Assembly (NCBI GenBank): GCA_002269645.1
Contig: NIVC01004453.1
Span: forward strand, 1-45,307
DNA length: 45,307 bases
Origin: Macrostomum lignano
Lineage: Eukaryota
Direction: 5' to 3'
Made by a program: the position numbers and the translations under genes. Shown here one piece after another: positions 23,383 to 36,004 of this stretch (position 1 is its first letter; every line of letters starts with the position of its first letter). Below the pieces are notes generated by a model. That model saw only the letters and a program-made list of their open reading frames with translations. It was not told the DNA's origin and did no database searches.

Positions 23383-23673
23383 ATGAAGTATCCTATTGCA
23401 ATACTTATCATATTTTGTGTTTGTCCAGAGTTTGGACATGCAAACAGAAGAGTGCTTTTATCAACTGTTCAGACTTTGACGCTTCACCGTGACAAATTTA
23501 CTACTGGTCGACGAAGCAGTCCAATTCCACAGCTAAAATGCATTGATGGCAAAAGCAGCTGTTCAAATCTTCCATCTTCTGTTCAATGTTACAACCAAGG
23601 ATCAGATGGAATTGATGTTCAGTGGAAGTGTGAAGCTCAGCTGCCTAAGAGCACCCAATTTGATAAACTTCAG
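23383..23673 (+). CDS. SARAF: Store-operated calcium entry-associated regulatory factor (SARAF/TMEM66), exon 1
   Basis: Signal peptide, then RVLLSTVQTLTLHRDKFTTGRRSSPIPQLKC...VQCYNQGSDGIDVQWKCEAQL, the SARAF luminal domain; donor CAG|GTAGGT, phase 0. Confidence 0.95.
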
Positions 23674-23872
23674 GTAGGTCTCTATCACCTGCATTCTGCA
23701 ACAAATAAAAAATTACATTTTACAATTGTAGAATATAGACCTATTTCACAATTTTGTTTGAGCTTAATAAGGTATAAGCCATGGTTCAAAATAAGTTTGA
23801 GTAAGTTGATTTAACATGACATGCATTAAAAATAAAACTAAATCTATACAAGATACAAAAAGGTAAAAAGAT

Positions 23873-24659
23873 GGCAATCCTTTAGTTTATGATCACTGTC
23901 TATTTTTCAAGTTTTGGTTTATGATCACCTTATATTTTGCTTACTGCAGTGCAAAAATGGTGTGTTCAAAACTAAGATATAAAAACCAATGATAGTTTCA
24001 AATGAAAAGAAAACAAAAGTTGGCTGATCAACTAACTTTGTTTAGGGCCTATTTGAAATTGAAAAGATTTGTACATCAGTTCACTAGTAGGGCCTAGCTT
24101 ATATATATATCACCTTTGGTTTACAATCACCCAAAGCTGGCTGTAGGAAAGCATGTCAACCCTAGCTTAGTATAATTAATCTTTAGCACCGTACCCCCTC
24201 ACTTTTGGTTTACAATCACTTCCACACATGCATTCCATTGAAATAATCATGAACCAAAGCTGGCTATAAGAAAGCATGTCAACCCTTAGTATACTTTCTT
24301 AAGGCCAGCTTTGGTTCACAATCATTTTAATGGGCAACATACATTTGGGTGATCATAAACCAAAGGTGAAATATATAGGCTACTGTAGTTCAAACTTGCG
24401 ACTTGACAGTTGAAATTAGTTTGACAGGTTTTCCTACTGCCAGCTTCGGTTTGCAATCAATAGGTAGCATACTTTTGGGTGATCGTAAACCAAAGGTGAA
24501 ATATAAGGTGCTACAACTATCTTACCATCTTTTGAAATAAACAAAGTCAGTTCGCCAATATTTGATTTTGTTTCATTGGAAACTATGGATTTTATGTCTT
24601 ACAACTGTTTTTTGTGATAAACGTCACTGTTTGGGATGATCATAAACCAAAAGAATGCC
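23873..24659. mobile_element. Foldback-like TIR element (787 bp) in SARAF intron 1
   Basis: TIR GGCAATCCTTTAGTTTATGATCA versus reverse-complemented right end GGCATTCTTTTGGTTTATGATCA (20/23); 8-bp TSD AAAAAGAT / AAAAAGAC; internal GATCATAAACCAAA-type motifs mostly reverse in the left half and forward in the right half. Confidence 0.65.
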
Positions 24660-25249
24660 AAAAAGACAATGAATAGGTCTAGGCCTAGGTCTAAATGCTA
24701 AAGGATCAAAACAATAAGGCCTAGGCCTAGTGAAATAGGGCAAAATAAAAAAATTGGGGGCAAGTTTTTGTAAACTTTTTTTTAGCAATTTGAAAGCAAG
24801 AAGCTATAAAATAAATTTATTTGAGTTTTTAAAAGTTAGAAACATTTATAAAAGTTTAAATGTATTGACAAACATGTTTGCCAAACATGACAGGCTGATG
24901 CATTTGAATGTACTTAGAATTTGCCAAAACTCTGCTTCCTAATAAACAAATATCATTATTTCTTATTATTTCCAATTTACTACTTTGAGTATGCTTAATA
25001 GATTCTACTGTTTCTAGTTTAGTTTGCCTTAAATATAGAATATTTATGCTATAATAAATTTCTTGACACATTGTCAATAATATAAAGTGCATTGCCAAAG
25101 TAATTATTTCAAACTATAATAACAATCAATAACTACATGCATTGCCTTTTTATACAAGAATTGGTTCCAGAACTAATCAGAAAGTTAACAGTGCTCATTA
25201 GATCTTTTTAGACTTCAGTCTAAGAAATGGACTAGAAGAAATAAACTAC

Positions 25250-25390
25250 AAGCTTTTCTCTCTTCTCTCCTTTTCCTTTTCTCTCCTCTCCCTTCTACTT
25301 CTCTCTTTTCCACTCTTCTCTCCTCTCCTCTCTCCTCTCCCTTCTCTCCCTCTCTGGCCTTTGAGGTAAAAAAGTTTGCCAACCTTTGCT
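25250..25390 (-). mobile_element. Internal fragment of the GA-tract Helitron-like family
   Basis: Short CT tract followed by TCTGGCCTTTGAGGTAAAAAAGTTTGCCAA, matching TCTGGCCTTTGAGATAAAAATCTGCCAA at ~9414-9440. Confidence 0.55.
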
Positions 25391-25737
25391 TTAACTCAAT
25401 ATAGGCAAGTGCATTCTGGAGTTGGTAAAGCAGGGTGCAGATGCTAATTAAGTGGGTCTGTTTGTACATGTAGAAAACCAAAGGCGATTTTTGCAGCTTC
25501 GAAAAAACAAAAATCTTGTAATTTTTCATTTTTAATTATTATTCTACTGATAGAAAGTAGATAAAGACATTTATCTAGTTATTCTGGTATCTGTTTTTAC
25601 TAAGCTGTATAACCTTGTAATTTGAGTGTCATACAATTGAGTGATTCATATTTTAAAGGATACAATTTTTGGAATTGCAAAATTTCTATCAATTCTCAAT
25701 TTTTAACTTCATGCTCAATTTTACCTTAAAAATTCAG

Positions 25738-26148
25738 GTTCAGTGCGAGGGCTATGACTATCCGGATGACCCCTACATCCTAGCCGGCTCGTGCGGCCTC
25801 ACCTACTCGCTGAAGCCAGCCGGCGGCAGCCGCAGTCATAAAAGCCGGTCTGGTCATAAGAGTCGCAGTCATCGCCAAGCTGCTAGCGATTCGGACAACT
25901 CTGTCTCGCCGGTCATTGTGATTGCTGTTCTGGCCATTGCTGGCTATTGCATCTATGCATTCTTCTTGGCACCGTCCGCTAACCGCGTGTCCAACGACCC
26001 CAGCGCTCCGCCGCCGCCAGCTTATGACGATTATGATGATGGCGACCAGCCTCCGCCTTATACTCCGGGCGGTCCAGGTGCGCCGCAATACGGATTCCGG
26101 CCTGAGTTCACTGCCGGCGCTGGTAGCAGCCCGGGAGGCTATGGAAAA
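25738..26148 (+). CDS. SARAF: SARAF, exon 2
   Basis: Acceptor AATTCAG|; VQCEGYDYPDDPYILAGSCGLTYSL, TM helix VIVIAVLAIAGYCIYAFFL, PPPAY/PPPY motifs; donor AAA|GTGAGT, phase 0. Confidence 0.95.
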
Positions 26149-26179
26149 GTGAGTCATTAGAATAGGATAATTGTCTCTC

Positions 26180-26590
26180 AGTATCGATTTTTTATGATTA
26201 CTGTTTTTTAGTATCGATTTTTAGGGTTATCAATTTTCCGTATCGATTTTTCAGGATTATTGATTTTCAGTATCGATTAATTTGGGATTATTGATTTTCA
26301 GTATCGATTAATTTGGGATTATAGATTTTCAGTATCGATTAATTTGGGATTATTGATTTTCATTATCGATTAATTTGGGATTATAGATTTTCAGTATCCA
26401 TTCATTTGGGATTGTTGATTTTCAGTATCGATTAATTTGGGATTATTGATTTTCAGTATCGATTACTTTGGGATTATTGATTTTCAGTATCGATTACTTT
26501 GGGATTATTGATTTTCAGTAGCGATTTTTAGTTACTATTGATTTTTCAGTATTGATAAATTGAAATTATTGATTTTTAGTATCGATCAAT
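26180..26590 (+). repeat. Intronic 31-bp minisatellite GATTATTGATTTTCAGTATCGATTAATTTGG
   Basis: About 13 units filling SARAF intron 2. Confidence 0.92.
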
Positions 26591-26661
26591 GGCGATAACT
26601 CATCCTGAGAGTTGTACTCGATGATGACACTATACTTAAAACTTCAAACGCACTCACTCAG

Positions 26662-26943
26662 GCTTACCAGCGTCGCGCCTATCAGCAGAATCAAGCTCAA
26701 CCTGATGATAACAGCAGCAGCGGCCCGGGATTCTGGTCCGGAGCAGCCATTGGCGGCCTTACCGGCTACCTGTTCGGCAACAGCAACAGTCGGAGAGCCG
26801 AGCCGTGCGGCTATTACGGCAGCAGCGAGCCCTGCGGCGGTGGCGCGGCCTACTCTCGGCATTCGTCTACTTCTTCGTCTGCCTCATCTGTGGACACTGC
26901 GCCAACAACGCGGACTGGCTACTCGTCTACCGGGAGACGATAG
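26662..26943 (+). CDS. SARAF: SARAF, exon 3 (last)
   Basis: Acceptor CACTCACTCAG|; AYQRR...GPGFWSGAAIGGLTGYLFG...TRTGYSSTGRR*, matching the SARAF GPGFWTG..GG.LGYLFG and C-terminal T.RR motifs; total 327 aa. Confidence 0.93.
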   Translation, partial: AYQRRAYQQNQAQPDDNSSSGPGFWSGAAIGGLTGYLFGNSNSRRAEPCGYYGSSEPCGGGAAYSRHSSTSSSASSVDTAPTTRTGYSSTGRR

Positions 26944-27114
26944 ATAAAAATCTGGCTGGACAGACCCATCTGACACTTGAGATTTATAGTGACCGGTTCT
27001 TGGGATTTTTCTTGGGATGTTTCTTGTTTAAAACTAATTTGAAACTCATTTCTTCCTGCGTGGTATTTCGGCATCTTAAGTTAAGAAATTGTTCCTGAAA
27101 ATCCCATAATGTGA

Positions 27115-27675
27115 GTCCTATTTGGGGAAGATTCATAGAAATCCCATAAAGGGAAGATTCATAGAAATCCCATATAGGGAAGATTCATAGAAATCCCATA
27201 TAGGGAAGATTCATAGAAATCCCATATAGGGAAGATTCCTGGAAATCCCATATATGGAGGATTCCTGGAAATCCCATATAGGGAAGATTCCTGGAAATCC
27301 TACATAGGGAAGATTCCTGGAAATCCAATATAGGGAAGATATCTGGAAATCCCATATGGGGAACATTCCCGAAAATCCAATATAGGGAAGATATCTGGAA
27401 ATCCCATATGGGGAACATTCCTGGAAATCCCATATACGAAAGGAAGATTCCTGGAAATCCCATATAGGGAAGATTCCTGGAAATCCTACATAGGGAAGAT
27501 TTCTGGAAATCCAATATAGGGAAGATTTCTGGAAATCCAATATAGGGAAGATATCTAGAAATCCCATATGGGGAACATTCCTGAAAATCCCATATACGGA
27601 AGGGGGATTCCTGGAAATCCCATATACGGAGGGAAGGTTCCTGGAAATCCCACATAGGGAAGATTCCTGGAAATT
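27115..27675. repeat. 26-bp minisatellite GGGAAGATTCCTGGAAATCCCATATA downstream of SARAF
   Basis: About 21 tandem units starting ~170 bp after the stop. Confidence 0.93.
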
Positions 27676-28694
27676 GTATCTGAGGAAGAAAAGTGGATTG
27701 GAATTCTGAAAAGAAAAATTAGCGTGATCCCAGCTGAGTAAGACTACATTCCAGATTCGACGGGATTTTTTCCCAATCCTAAATGAATAGGAAATTGAAA
27801 TTGGATCAGACGGTTAACATACAAATGCTAGTCTGTTAAACAGGGAGGTTTTTCGTAACTGAGTTTCTCCAAAGTCGGAAGTGGTTTTTGGTTTGCACCT
27901 GTACATCACATGTTTAATCTAGTTTGCCTAGGATTACCAGTTGTGAAAGACAGAAAAATTAAAGATTGTTTTTAAAAATTAAACGTATTGTTTCTCATGT
28001 TGCTCATTTTCTCTGTATTCGGTGAAAGTCAAAATTAAATAACACATTTTATAGTTATTATTGGCTTCAATCACTTTTCTATTTTTTTCCGCACATCGAT
28101 TCGATATCTTGTTTTATTTATCATTATGCGTGTTTTTTTGTTAATCAAAAACTGGGTGTTGGGGTTGAAGTTGAACACAGGTGCTGTGTTAGGCCCATAT
28201 AAGGCCTATGTGTGTGTATCTAATCAAATGCTTTTCTAAACACTTTTCCTTATATTATTGTTGCGCTTGTAAATTCTCCTTTAATATTTTGTTGTGCTGG
28301 CCTTCATAAACATAAACAATAATGAGCAGATATCTTTATCCAGAACGCGCCACGTTTGTGTCAGTGGCTCTGTGTGTTGTTTTTTAGAGAATAAATAACA
28401 CTTTTTTTCTATCAAATAAAACAACAAGCGTAAGATTGAAGACATCCTAGCTCATCATAATGACTTTAATCAGGTGTTTGCAGTTTATATTAAACACAAT
28501 TGTTAGCTAAAAACCCTTGTTTTATTTTTCATAGTTGCTTGATGAGAAAAACCGGAGGTTGCAATTTTTTTCTTGGATTTTCTAGCAGTTTCATTCTGAT
28601 CTTTTTATAAAATTTATGAAATTTGTACACAATGGCGCTTACGGGTAGGGTACCATAATAAAAAATTTTCACTTTCGATAATTGGGATCATAGA

Positions 28695-29680
28695 TTACAG
28701 ATTTGGGATATATAGGAGTGGGGATCACAGATTTGGGATATTTAGGAGTGGGGATCACAGATTTTGGGATATTTAGGAGTGGGGATCACAGATTTGGGAT
28801 ATTTAGGAGTGGGGATCACAGTTTTGGCTTATTTAGGAGTGGGGGTCACAGATTTGGGATATTTAGGAGTGGGGATCACAGATTTGGCATATTTAGGAGT
28901 GGGGGTCACAGATTTGGGATATTTAGGAGTGGGGATCACAGATTTGGGATATTTAGGAGTGGGGATCACAGATTTGGGATATTTAGGAGTGGGGATCACA
29001 GATTTGGCATATTTAGGAGTGGGGGTCACAGATTTGGGATATTTAGGAGTGGGGATCACAGATTTGGGATATTTAGGAGTGGGGATCACAGATTTGGCAT
29101 ATTTAGGAGTGGGGGTCACAGATTTGGGATATTTAGGAGTGGGGATCACAGATTTGGGATATTTAGGAGTGGGGATCACAGATTTGGGATATTTTAGATT
29201 GGGGATAACAGTTTTGGCATATTTAGAAGTGGGGATCACAGATTTGGGATATTTAGGAGTGGGGATCACAGATTTGAGATATTTAGAAGTGGGATCACAG
29301 ATTTGGGATATTTAGGAGTTGGGATAACAGATTGGGGATATTTAGGAGTGGGGATCACAGATTTGGGATATTTAAAATGGGAATCACAGATTTGGGATAT
29401 TTGAGAGTGGGGATCACAGATTTGGAGTATTTGAGAGTGGGGATCACAGATTTGGGATATTTAGGAGTGGGGATCACAGCTTTGGGATATTTGGGAGTGG
29501 TGATCACAGATTTGGGATATTCGAGGGTGGGGATCACAGATTTGAGATATTTAGGAGTGGGGATCACATATTTTGTAGAATAGGGGTGGGGATCACAAAT
29601 TTGGGATATATGGGAGTGGGGATCACAGATTTGGAGAACTGGGAGTGTGGATCACAGATTTGGGAGAATGGGAGTGCAGT
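28695..29680. repeat. 30-bp minisatellite GATTTGGGATATTTAGGAGTGGGGATCACA downstream of the MFS gene
   Basis: About 32 tandem units, G-rich on the + strand. Confidence 0.95.
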
Positions 29681-29920
29681 GGGAAGTGCTTGGGAGAATC
29701 AAATGATGTTAAGGGTTGGAATATATTAAGTGGAGATTGAGCGATTGAATGGGAGCAGAGATGGAGGTCGAGTGTTTGAGCAATCGATTCCTTGGATCAA
29801 CCGATGTCTTTTTAAAGACTCGAAGTAAATTTAGCTCCAACAGTTAGAAATCTATTAGCTACAGCAGATTGAGCAGAAGTCTAATTTAGATGCTACATGT
29901 ACACATATTACTCGCAATAG

Positions 29921-30268
29921 TCACAGCCAGGCGTGAGCCACAGTCAGCATGCCGGCGAAGCAGACGGTGGCAGCGGTGAAGCCGCCGAGAGCCAGGTAGA
30001 GCACTCCAGCCGGGCCGACGCTTGGCGATATCAGCAGGTGGCCGGCCAGTGCTGGCAGCACCGAGACACCCAACTGGCTGCCGATGGTCCAGCTGCAGGC
30101 CAGAGGCCCGGTGACATCAAGCCGCTCCTCCAGCCAGGAGATGCCGCCGGCGTAGATGCTGGCGACGGCTAGGCCGAACGCCGCTGTGCTGGCCGACGTC
30201 AGCCAGGCTGGGGCGCCGGCGTCCAGCGAGAAGTCGCCAGCCAGGAGGCAGAGCGTTGCTAGGGAGAT
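29921..30268 (-). CDS. MFSD4-like major facilitator superfamily transporter, last exon
   Basis: Acceptor CTCCCTGCAG|ATC, phase 0; ISLATLCLLAGDF...AFGLAVASIYAGGISWLEERLDVTG...GSQLGVSVLPALAGHLL...AHAWL*; compare MFSD4 ATTFPSGVSWIEQY. Confidence 0.88.
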   Translation of the reverse strand: MSLATLCLLAGDFSLDAGAPAWLTSASTAAFGLAVASIYAGGISWLEERLDVTGPLACSWTIGSQLGVSVLPALAGHLLISPSVGPAGVLYLALGGFTAATVCFAGMLTVAHAWL

Positions 30269-30449
30269 CTGCAGGGAGTTCCAGAGCGAGGATTATGCTA
30301 GTAAATATTTTTACATTTTACAGGTAATCAAGATGCAGTTAAAAATTGCATATGAGAGCAGAGTATACACGTAGCTTTCTGTAAACACGAATGTGACTCT
30401 GAAGGCGATGACATTGTTAAGTGAACGATAATATCCAAACGCTCCAATG

Positions 30450-33400
30450 AGAGTGAAAGACAGTGTCCCTAAGCTTCAGTGAGTGAATGACAGTGTCCCT
30501 AAGCTTCAGGGAGTGAATGAGAGTGTCCCTAAGCTTCAGTGAGTGAATGAGAGTGTCCACTAAGCTTCAGTTAGTGAATGACAGTGTCCCTAAGCTTCAG
30601 TGAGTGAATGACAGTGTCCCTAGGCATCATGAAGTGAATGAGAGTGTCCCTAAGCTTCAGGGAGTGAATGACAGTGTCCCTAGGCATCATGAAGTGAATG
30701 AGAGTGTCCCTAAGCTTCAGTGAGTGAATGACAGTGTCCCTAAGCTTCAGTGAGTGAATGACAGTGTCCCTAGGCATCATGAAGTGAATGAGAGTGTCCC
30801 TAAGCTTCAGGGAGTGAATGACAGTGTCCCTAAGCTTCAGGGAGTGAATGACAGTGTCCCTAGGCATCATGAAGTGAATGAGAGTGTCCCTAAGCTTTAG
30901 GGAGTGAATGACAGTGTCCACTAAGCTTCAGGGAGTGAATGACAGTCCCTAAGCTTCAGGGAGTGAATGACAGTGTCCCTAGGCATCATGAAGTGAATGA
31001 CAGTGTCCACTAAGCTTCAGGGAGTGAATGACAGTGTCCACTAAGCTTCAGGGAGTGAATGACAGTGTCCCTAGGCATCATGAAGTGAATGAGAGTGTCC
31101 CTAAGCTTCAGTGAGTGAATGACAGTGTCCCTAAGCTTCAGTGAGTGAATGACAGTGTCCCTAGGCATCATGAAGTGAATGAGAGTGTCCCTAAGCTTCA
31201 GGGAGTGAATGACAGTGTCCACTAAGCTTCAGGGAGTGAATGACAGTCCCTAAGCTTCAGGGAGTGAATGACAGTCCCTAAGCTTCAGGGAGTGAATGAC
31301 AGTGTCCCTAGGCATCATGGAGTGAATGACAGTCCCTAAGCTTCAGGGAGTGAATGAGAGTTTCCTTAAGCTTCAGGGAGTGAATGACAGTGTCCCTAAG
31401 CTTCAGGGAGTGAATGACAGTGTCCCTAGGCATCATGAAGTGAATGACAGTGTCCACTAAGCTTCAGGGAGTGAATGACAGTGTCCCTAGGCATCATGGA
31501 GTGAATGACAGTCCCTAAGCTTCAGGGAGTGAATGAGAGTTTCCTTAAGCTTCAGGGAGTGAATGAGAGTTTCCTTAAGCTTCAGGGAGTGAATGACAGT
31601 GTCCCTAGGCATCATGAAGTGAATGACAGTGTCCACTAAGCTTCAGGGAGTGAATGACAGTGTCCCTAGGCATCATGGAGTGAATGACAGTCCCTAAGCT
31701 CAGGGAGTGAATGAGAGTTTCCTTAAGCTTCAGGGAGTGAATGAGAGTTTCCTTAAGCTTCAGGGAGTGAATGACAGTGTCCCTAAGCTTCAGGGAGTGA
31801 ATGACAGTGTCTCTAGGCATCATGAAGTGAATGACAGTGTCCACTAAGCTTCAGTGAGTGAATGACAGTGTCCCTAGGCATCATGAAGTGAATGAGAGTG
31901 TCCCTAAGCTTCAGGGAGTGAATGACAGTGTCCCTAGGCATCATGAAGTGAATGAGAGTGTCCCTAAGCTTCAGTGAGTGAATGACAGTGTCCCTAAGCT
32001 TCAGTGAGTGAATGACAGTGTCCCTAGGCATCATGAAGTGAATGAGAGTGTCCCTAAGCTTCAGGGAGTGAATGACAGTGTCCCTAAGCTTCAGGGAGTG
32101 AATGACAGTGTCCCTAGGCATCATGAAGTGAATGAGAGTGTCCCTAAGCTTTAGGGAGTGAATGACAGTGTCCACTAAGCTTCAGGGAGTGAATGACAGT
32201 CCCTAAGCTTCAGGGAGTGAATGACAGTGTCCCTAGGCATCATGAAGTGAATGACAGTGTCCACTAAGCTTCAGGGAGTGAATGACAGTGTCCACTAAGC
32301 TTCAGGGAATGAATGACAGTGTCCCTAGGCATCATGAAGTGAATGAGAGTGTCCCTAAGCTTCAGTGAGTGAATGACAGTGTCCCTAAGCTTCAGTGAGT
32401 GAATGACAGTGTCCCTAGGCATCATGAAGTGAATGAGAGTGTCCCTAAGCTTCAGGGAGTGAATGACAGTGTCCACTAAGCTTCAGGGAGTGAATGACAG
32501 TCCCTAAGCTTCAGGGAGTGAATGACAGTCCCTAAGCTTCAGGGAGTGAATGACAGTGTCCCTAGGCATCATGGAGTGAATGACAGTCCCTAAGCTTCAG
32601 GGAGTGAATGAGAGTTTCCTTAAGCTTCAGGGAGTGAATGACAGTGTCCCTAAGCTTCAGGGAGTGAATGACAGTGTCCCTAGGCATCATGAAGTGAATG
32701 ACAGTGTCCACTAAGCTTCAGGGAGTGAATGACAGTGTCCCTAGGCATCATGGAGTGAATGACAGTCCCTAAGCTTCAGGGAGTGAATGAGAGTTTCCTT
32801 AAGCTTCAGGGAGTGAATGAGAGTTTCCTTAAGCTTCAGGGAGTGAATGACAGTGTCCCTAGGCATCATGAAGTGAATGACAGTGTCCACTAAGCTTCAG
32901 GGAGTGAATGACAGTGTCCCTAGGCATCATGGAGTGAATGACAGTCCCTAAGCTTCAGGGAGTGAATGAGAGTTTCCTTAAGCTTCAGGGAGTGAATGAG
33001 AGTTTCCTTAAGCTTCAGGGAGTGAATGACAGTGTCCCTAAGCTTCAGGGAGTGAATGACAGTGTCTCTAGGCATCATGAAGTGAATGACAGTGTCCACT
33101 AAGCTTCAGGGAGTGAATGACAGTGTCCACTAAGCTTCAGGGAGTGAATGACAGTGTCCACTAAGCTTCAGGGAGTGAATGACAGTGTCCACTAAGCTTC
33201 AGGGAGTGAATGACAGTGTCCACTAAGCTTCAGGGAGTGAATGACAGTGTCCCTAAGCATCATGGAGTGAATGACAGTCCCTAAGCTTCAGGGAGTGAAT
33301 GAGAGTTTCCTTAAGCTTCAGGGAGTGAATGACAGTGTCCCTAAGCTTCAGGGAGTGAATGACAGTGTCCACTAAGCTTCAGGGAGTGAATGACAGTGTC

Positions 33401-33545
33401 CACTAAGCTTCAGGGAGTGAATGACAGTGTCCCTAGGCATCATGGAGTGAATGACAGTCCCTAAGCTTCAGGGAGTGAATGAGAGTTTCCTTAAGCTTCA
33501 GGGAGTGAATGAGGGTGTCTCTAAGCTTCAGGGAGTGAATGGCGA
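30450..33545. repeat. Intronic ~30-bp minisatellite GAGTGAATGACAGTGTCCCTAAGCTTCAGG, ~100 units, containing a 1254-bp higher-order duplication
   Basis: Fills the 3.37-kb last intron of the MFS gene; identical repeat ORFs at 31010-31222 and 32264-32476 are offset by 1254. Confidence 0.97.
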
Positions 33546-33640
33546 TGGCAAACATGAGTTGATTCAGTGAGTCTAGAACTACAAAGCAATGCCGGTGCCC
33601 CCAAGCGCCAGACAGCGGACATAAAAACCAAGACTCCGAC

Positions 33641-34431
33641 CTGGCAGGCGGCCAGATCCGCCAGCAGCAGAGTCGTAGGCCGCACGCACCGAGCCAGCGC
33701 CACGCCAAGGCAGCGGCCGGCCAGAAAGCCGGCAAAGAAGGCCGCATTCAGCGAAGTCAGGCGCAGCCGGCTGCACACTCCGTAGGCACTGATAAACGAC
33801 CAAAACACGTTTTCAACTCCGACAAAGCAGAAATAGAAGGCGACAGTCAGGGCTACCAGGAGGCGACGTCGCCAGAGCGGCAGCGACCCGGGCTTGCTAG
33901 CGATACTCGCTGGTAGTAGAACTTCCACTTCCACGACAGCTACATGTAATTCAGTCTTGATTGTCGCAGGCGGCTGCGGAGTCGCAGGCGGCACAAGTCG
34001 GTGTCGACAGGCCAGCAGTGCGAGAAAGCCCACAGCCGCCAGAGCTTGAGCAGCGTGCACCACAGCGAATGGTGCAAATATTGGTAGGTGCAGAGCCGGC
34101 TGCGATCTGCTGACGCTGCTGGCAGTGCTGGATTGCGTGTAGTTGTTCGTCAGAGAGTCAACTGTTGAGTTAAATACAGCTTCTGGGTCTGATGATGGAG
34201 CTTGACAGAGGCTGGGACGAAGACTGTCCAGGGTTGAGTTAGCTGTGTCTTCGGTGGCGGCAATGTCGACAGGAAACGGTGGGCTTTCCGCCGCTGGCGG
34301 TTGCCAGTTGCGAAACTGGTGCAGCAGCGCCGGGGCGGAGACAGCGCCCAAGGCCACGGCCAGGTGCAGAGACTGCAGCACCGGGCGGGAGTGCTGCGAG
34401 CCGAATAGCACGATGACCAGAATGCCGTCGG
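33641..34431 (-). CDS. MFSD4-like transporter, large middle exon (alternative acceptor at 34458)
   Basis: Acceptor CCCGCAG|, phase 1; DGILVIVLFGSQHSRPVLQSLHLAVALGAVSAP...FYFCFVGVENVFWSFISAY...SLNAAFFAGFLAGRCLG...LLADLAACQ; donor CAG|GTCGGA, phase 0; matches MFSD4 motifs LQ.LHF..ALGA..AP and FFYVGAEV. Confidence 0.88.
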
Positions 34432-35059
34432 CTGCGGGTCGGTCACGTGACATTGGACCTAAGCTGTCAGGAGTTCAGAATTTATGTACTTTTGTCACAA
34501 CTCTCATACAGGGGTGTACATTGATTCTGACTTAGAAAATTTGTAATTGCTTTTGATTGGAGGCAGACCCAATGTTCTTCGTTTGATATGACTTAATTTG
34601 AATGACGTGTGTGTAGGCTAAAAATTAATATAGAATCCTTATTTTCTAAACGCATTTCATATATCAGTAATATCAATAGAGTATCATTAGAGCTACAAAA
34701 AGGCACAACATATCAAAAGATGAACATTGGGTCTGCCTGCGATCAAAAGCAATTAACAATATTTGCGCTGAAAAATGAAAACCTCCAGTCTCTGTAGTGT
34801 GTTTTTTCAGTAAAACCAGCCTCCTAATATTTGCGTCAGACATAAACTCTTCCTGTGCTTTGGGGTTGGCCTTGACGAGCGTGAATCGCACCGGCCCTGC
34901 CAAATTTCTTGCACAAGCACCGAATAAGTGTGGACCCTCATGCGAAGAGTCACCCACTGCCGGCATCGATCTGACCCTCCCTGAACTCGAATTCAAAGGC
35001 TCTTTGACTTTTTAATGTCATCGGGATTCACTGAACTAGTAATCTGCGCCCTACATGAC

Positions 35060-35410
35060 CTTAACCATCCTCACCCTCCTTCACCTTATAGATATCCTCA
35101 CCATCCCTGAACTTAAATATCCCACCCTCCCTGACCTTAAATATCCTCACCCTCCCTGACCTTAAATATCCTCACCTTCCCTGACCTTAAATATTCTCAC
35201 CCTCCCTGACCTTAAATATCCTCACCTTCCCTGACCTTAAATATCCTCACCCTCCCTGACCTTAAATATCCTTGCCTCCCTGACCTTAATATTCTCACCC
35301 TCCCTGACCTTAAATATCCTCACCTTCCCTGACCTTAAATATTCTCACCTTCCCTGACCTTAAATATCCTCACCCTCCCTGACCTTAAATATTATCACCC
35401 TAACTGACCT
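35060..35410. repeat. Intronic 25-bp minisatellite CCTCCCTGACCTTAAATATCCTCAC
   Basis: About 13 units starting ~50 bp from the exon donor. Confidence 0.93.
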
Positions 35411-35463
35411 GAAAATCCTCCGATATAACTCGCAATTCAAACTTTAACCGAGTTCCATCTCAC

Positions 35464-35827
35464 CAGTCTCAAGCGCGCTCTGGCCAGCGCCCAGTACCCC
35501 GGACAGCGTCAGCGATGTCCACAGACTCCGCGCCATCGGCAACGCCAGCAGAGCGGCAGCGCAGATTAGATTTGCCGCCACTAAGAAGCCCAGCCTCTGC
35601 CTGGACTTTGGCAGCCAAGGAATAGCGAATCCGGTGACTATAGCGAGTAGGCAAGCGGCGGCCGATTTGACGGTGAACCAGAGACCCATGACGCGGAGAC
35701 TGGCGCCGACTCGGCTGGCCAGGACCAGCAGGCAGCCGCCGGGCAGAGCGTTGGCCGCTCCGGTGGCGGCATGGGCGAGCCACATGAACAGCAGCGGCGC
35801 CCAGTGCCGGCGCAGCACCGATCGCAT
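35464..35827 (-). CDS. MFSD4-like transporter, exon carrying the first TM helices
   Basis: Acceptor AAAAACCAG|ATG; MRSVLRRHWAPLLFMWLAHAATGAANALPGGCLLVLASRVG...GVLGAGQSALET; donor ACTG|GTGAGA, phase 1. Confidence 0.88.
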
Positions 35828-36004
35828 CTGGTTTTTATTTTAATAAAAATATTTTCGCCAGTCTGTAGGAGTTCGTCTACTGACTAGTAGAATGTAAAGC
35901 GTTTGAAGAAAAAAATCTTGCAGTGATTTGCGCAGTTCTCAGCATATGGATATATTTAATGCTTTACAATGCGATGGGGTGCATCGGGGGCGCAATCATA
36001 GGTG

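Noticed and set aside
27185-33747. Periodic ORFs (e.g. GYLGVGITDL, DTVIHSLKLR repeats), likewise at 36412-36857 and 38777-39792
   Set aside because: Translations of minisatellites, open on both strands, lying in introns or 3' flanks
34673-35015. 107-aa minus-strand ORF in an MFS intron as an extra exon
   Set aside because: The flanking exons already join in phase with spacing that fits MFSD4; no recognisable motif
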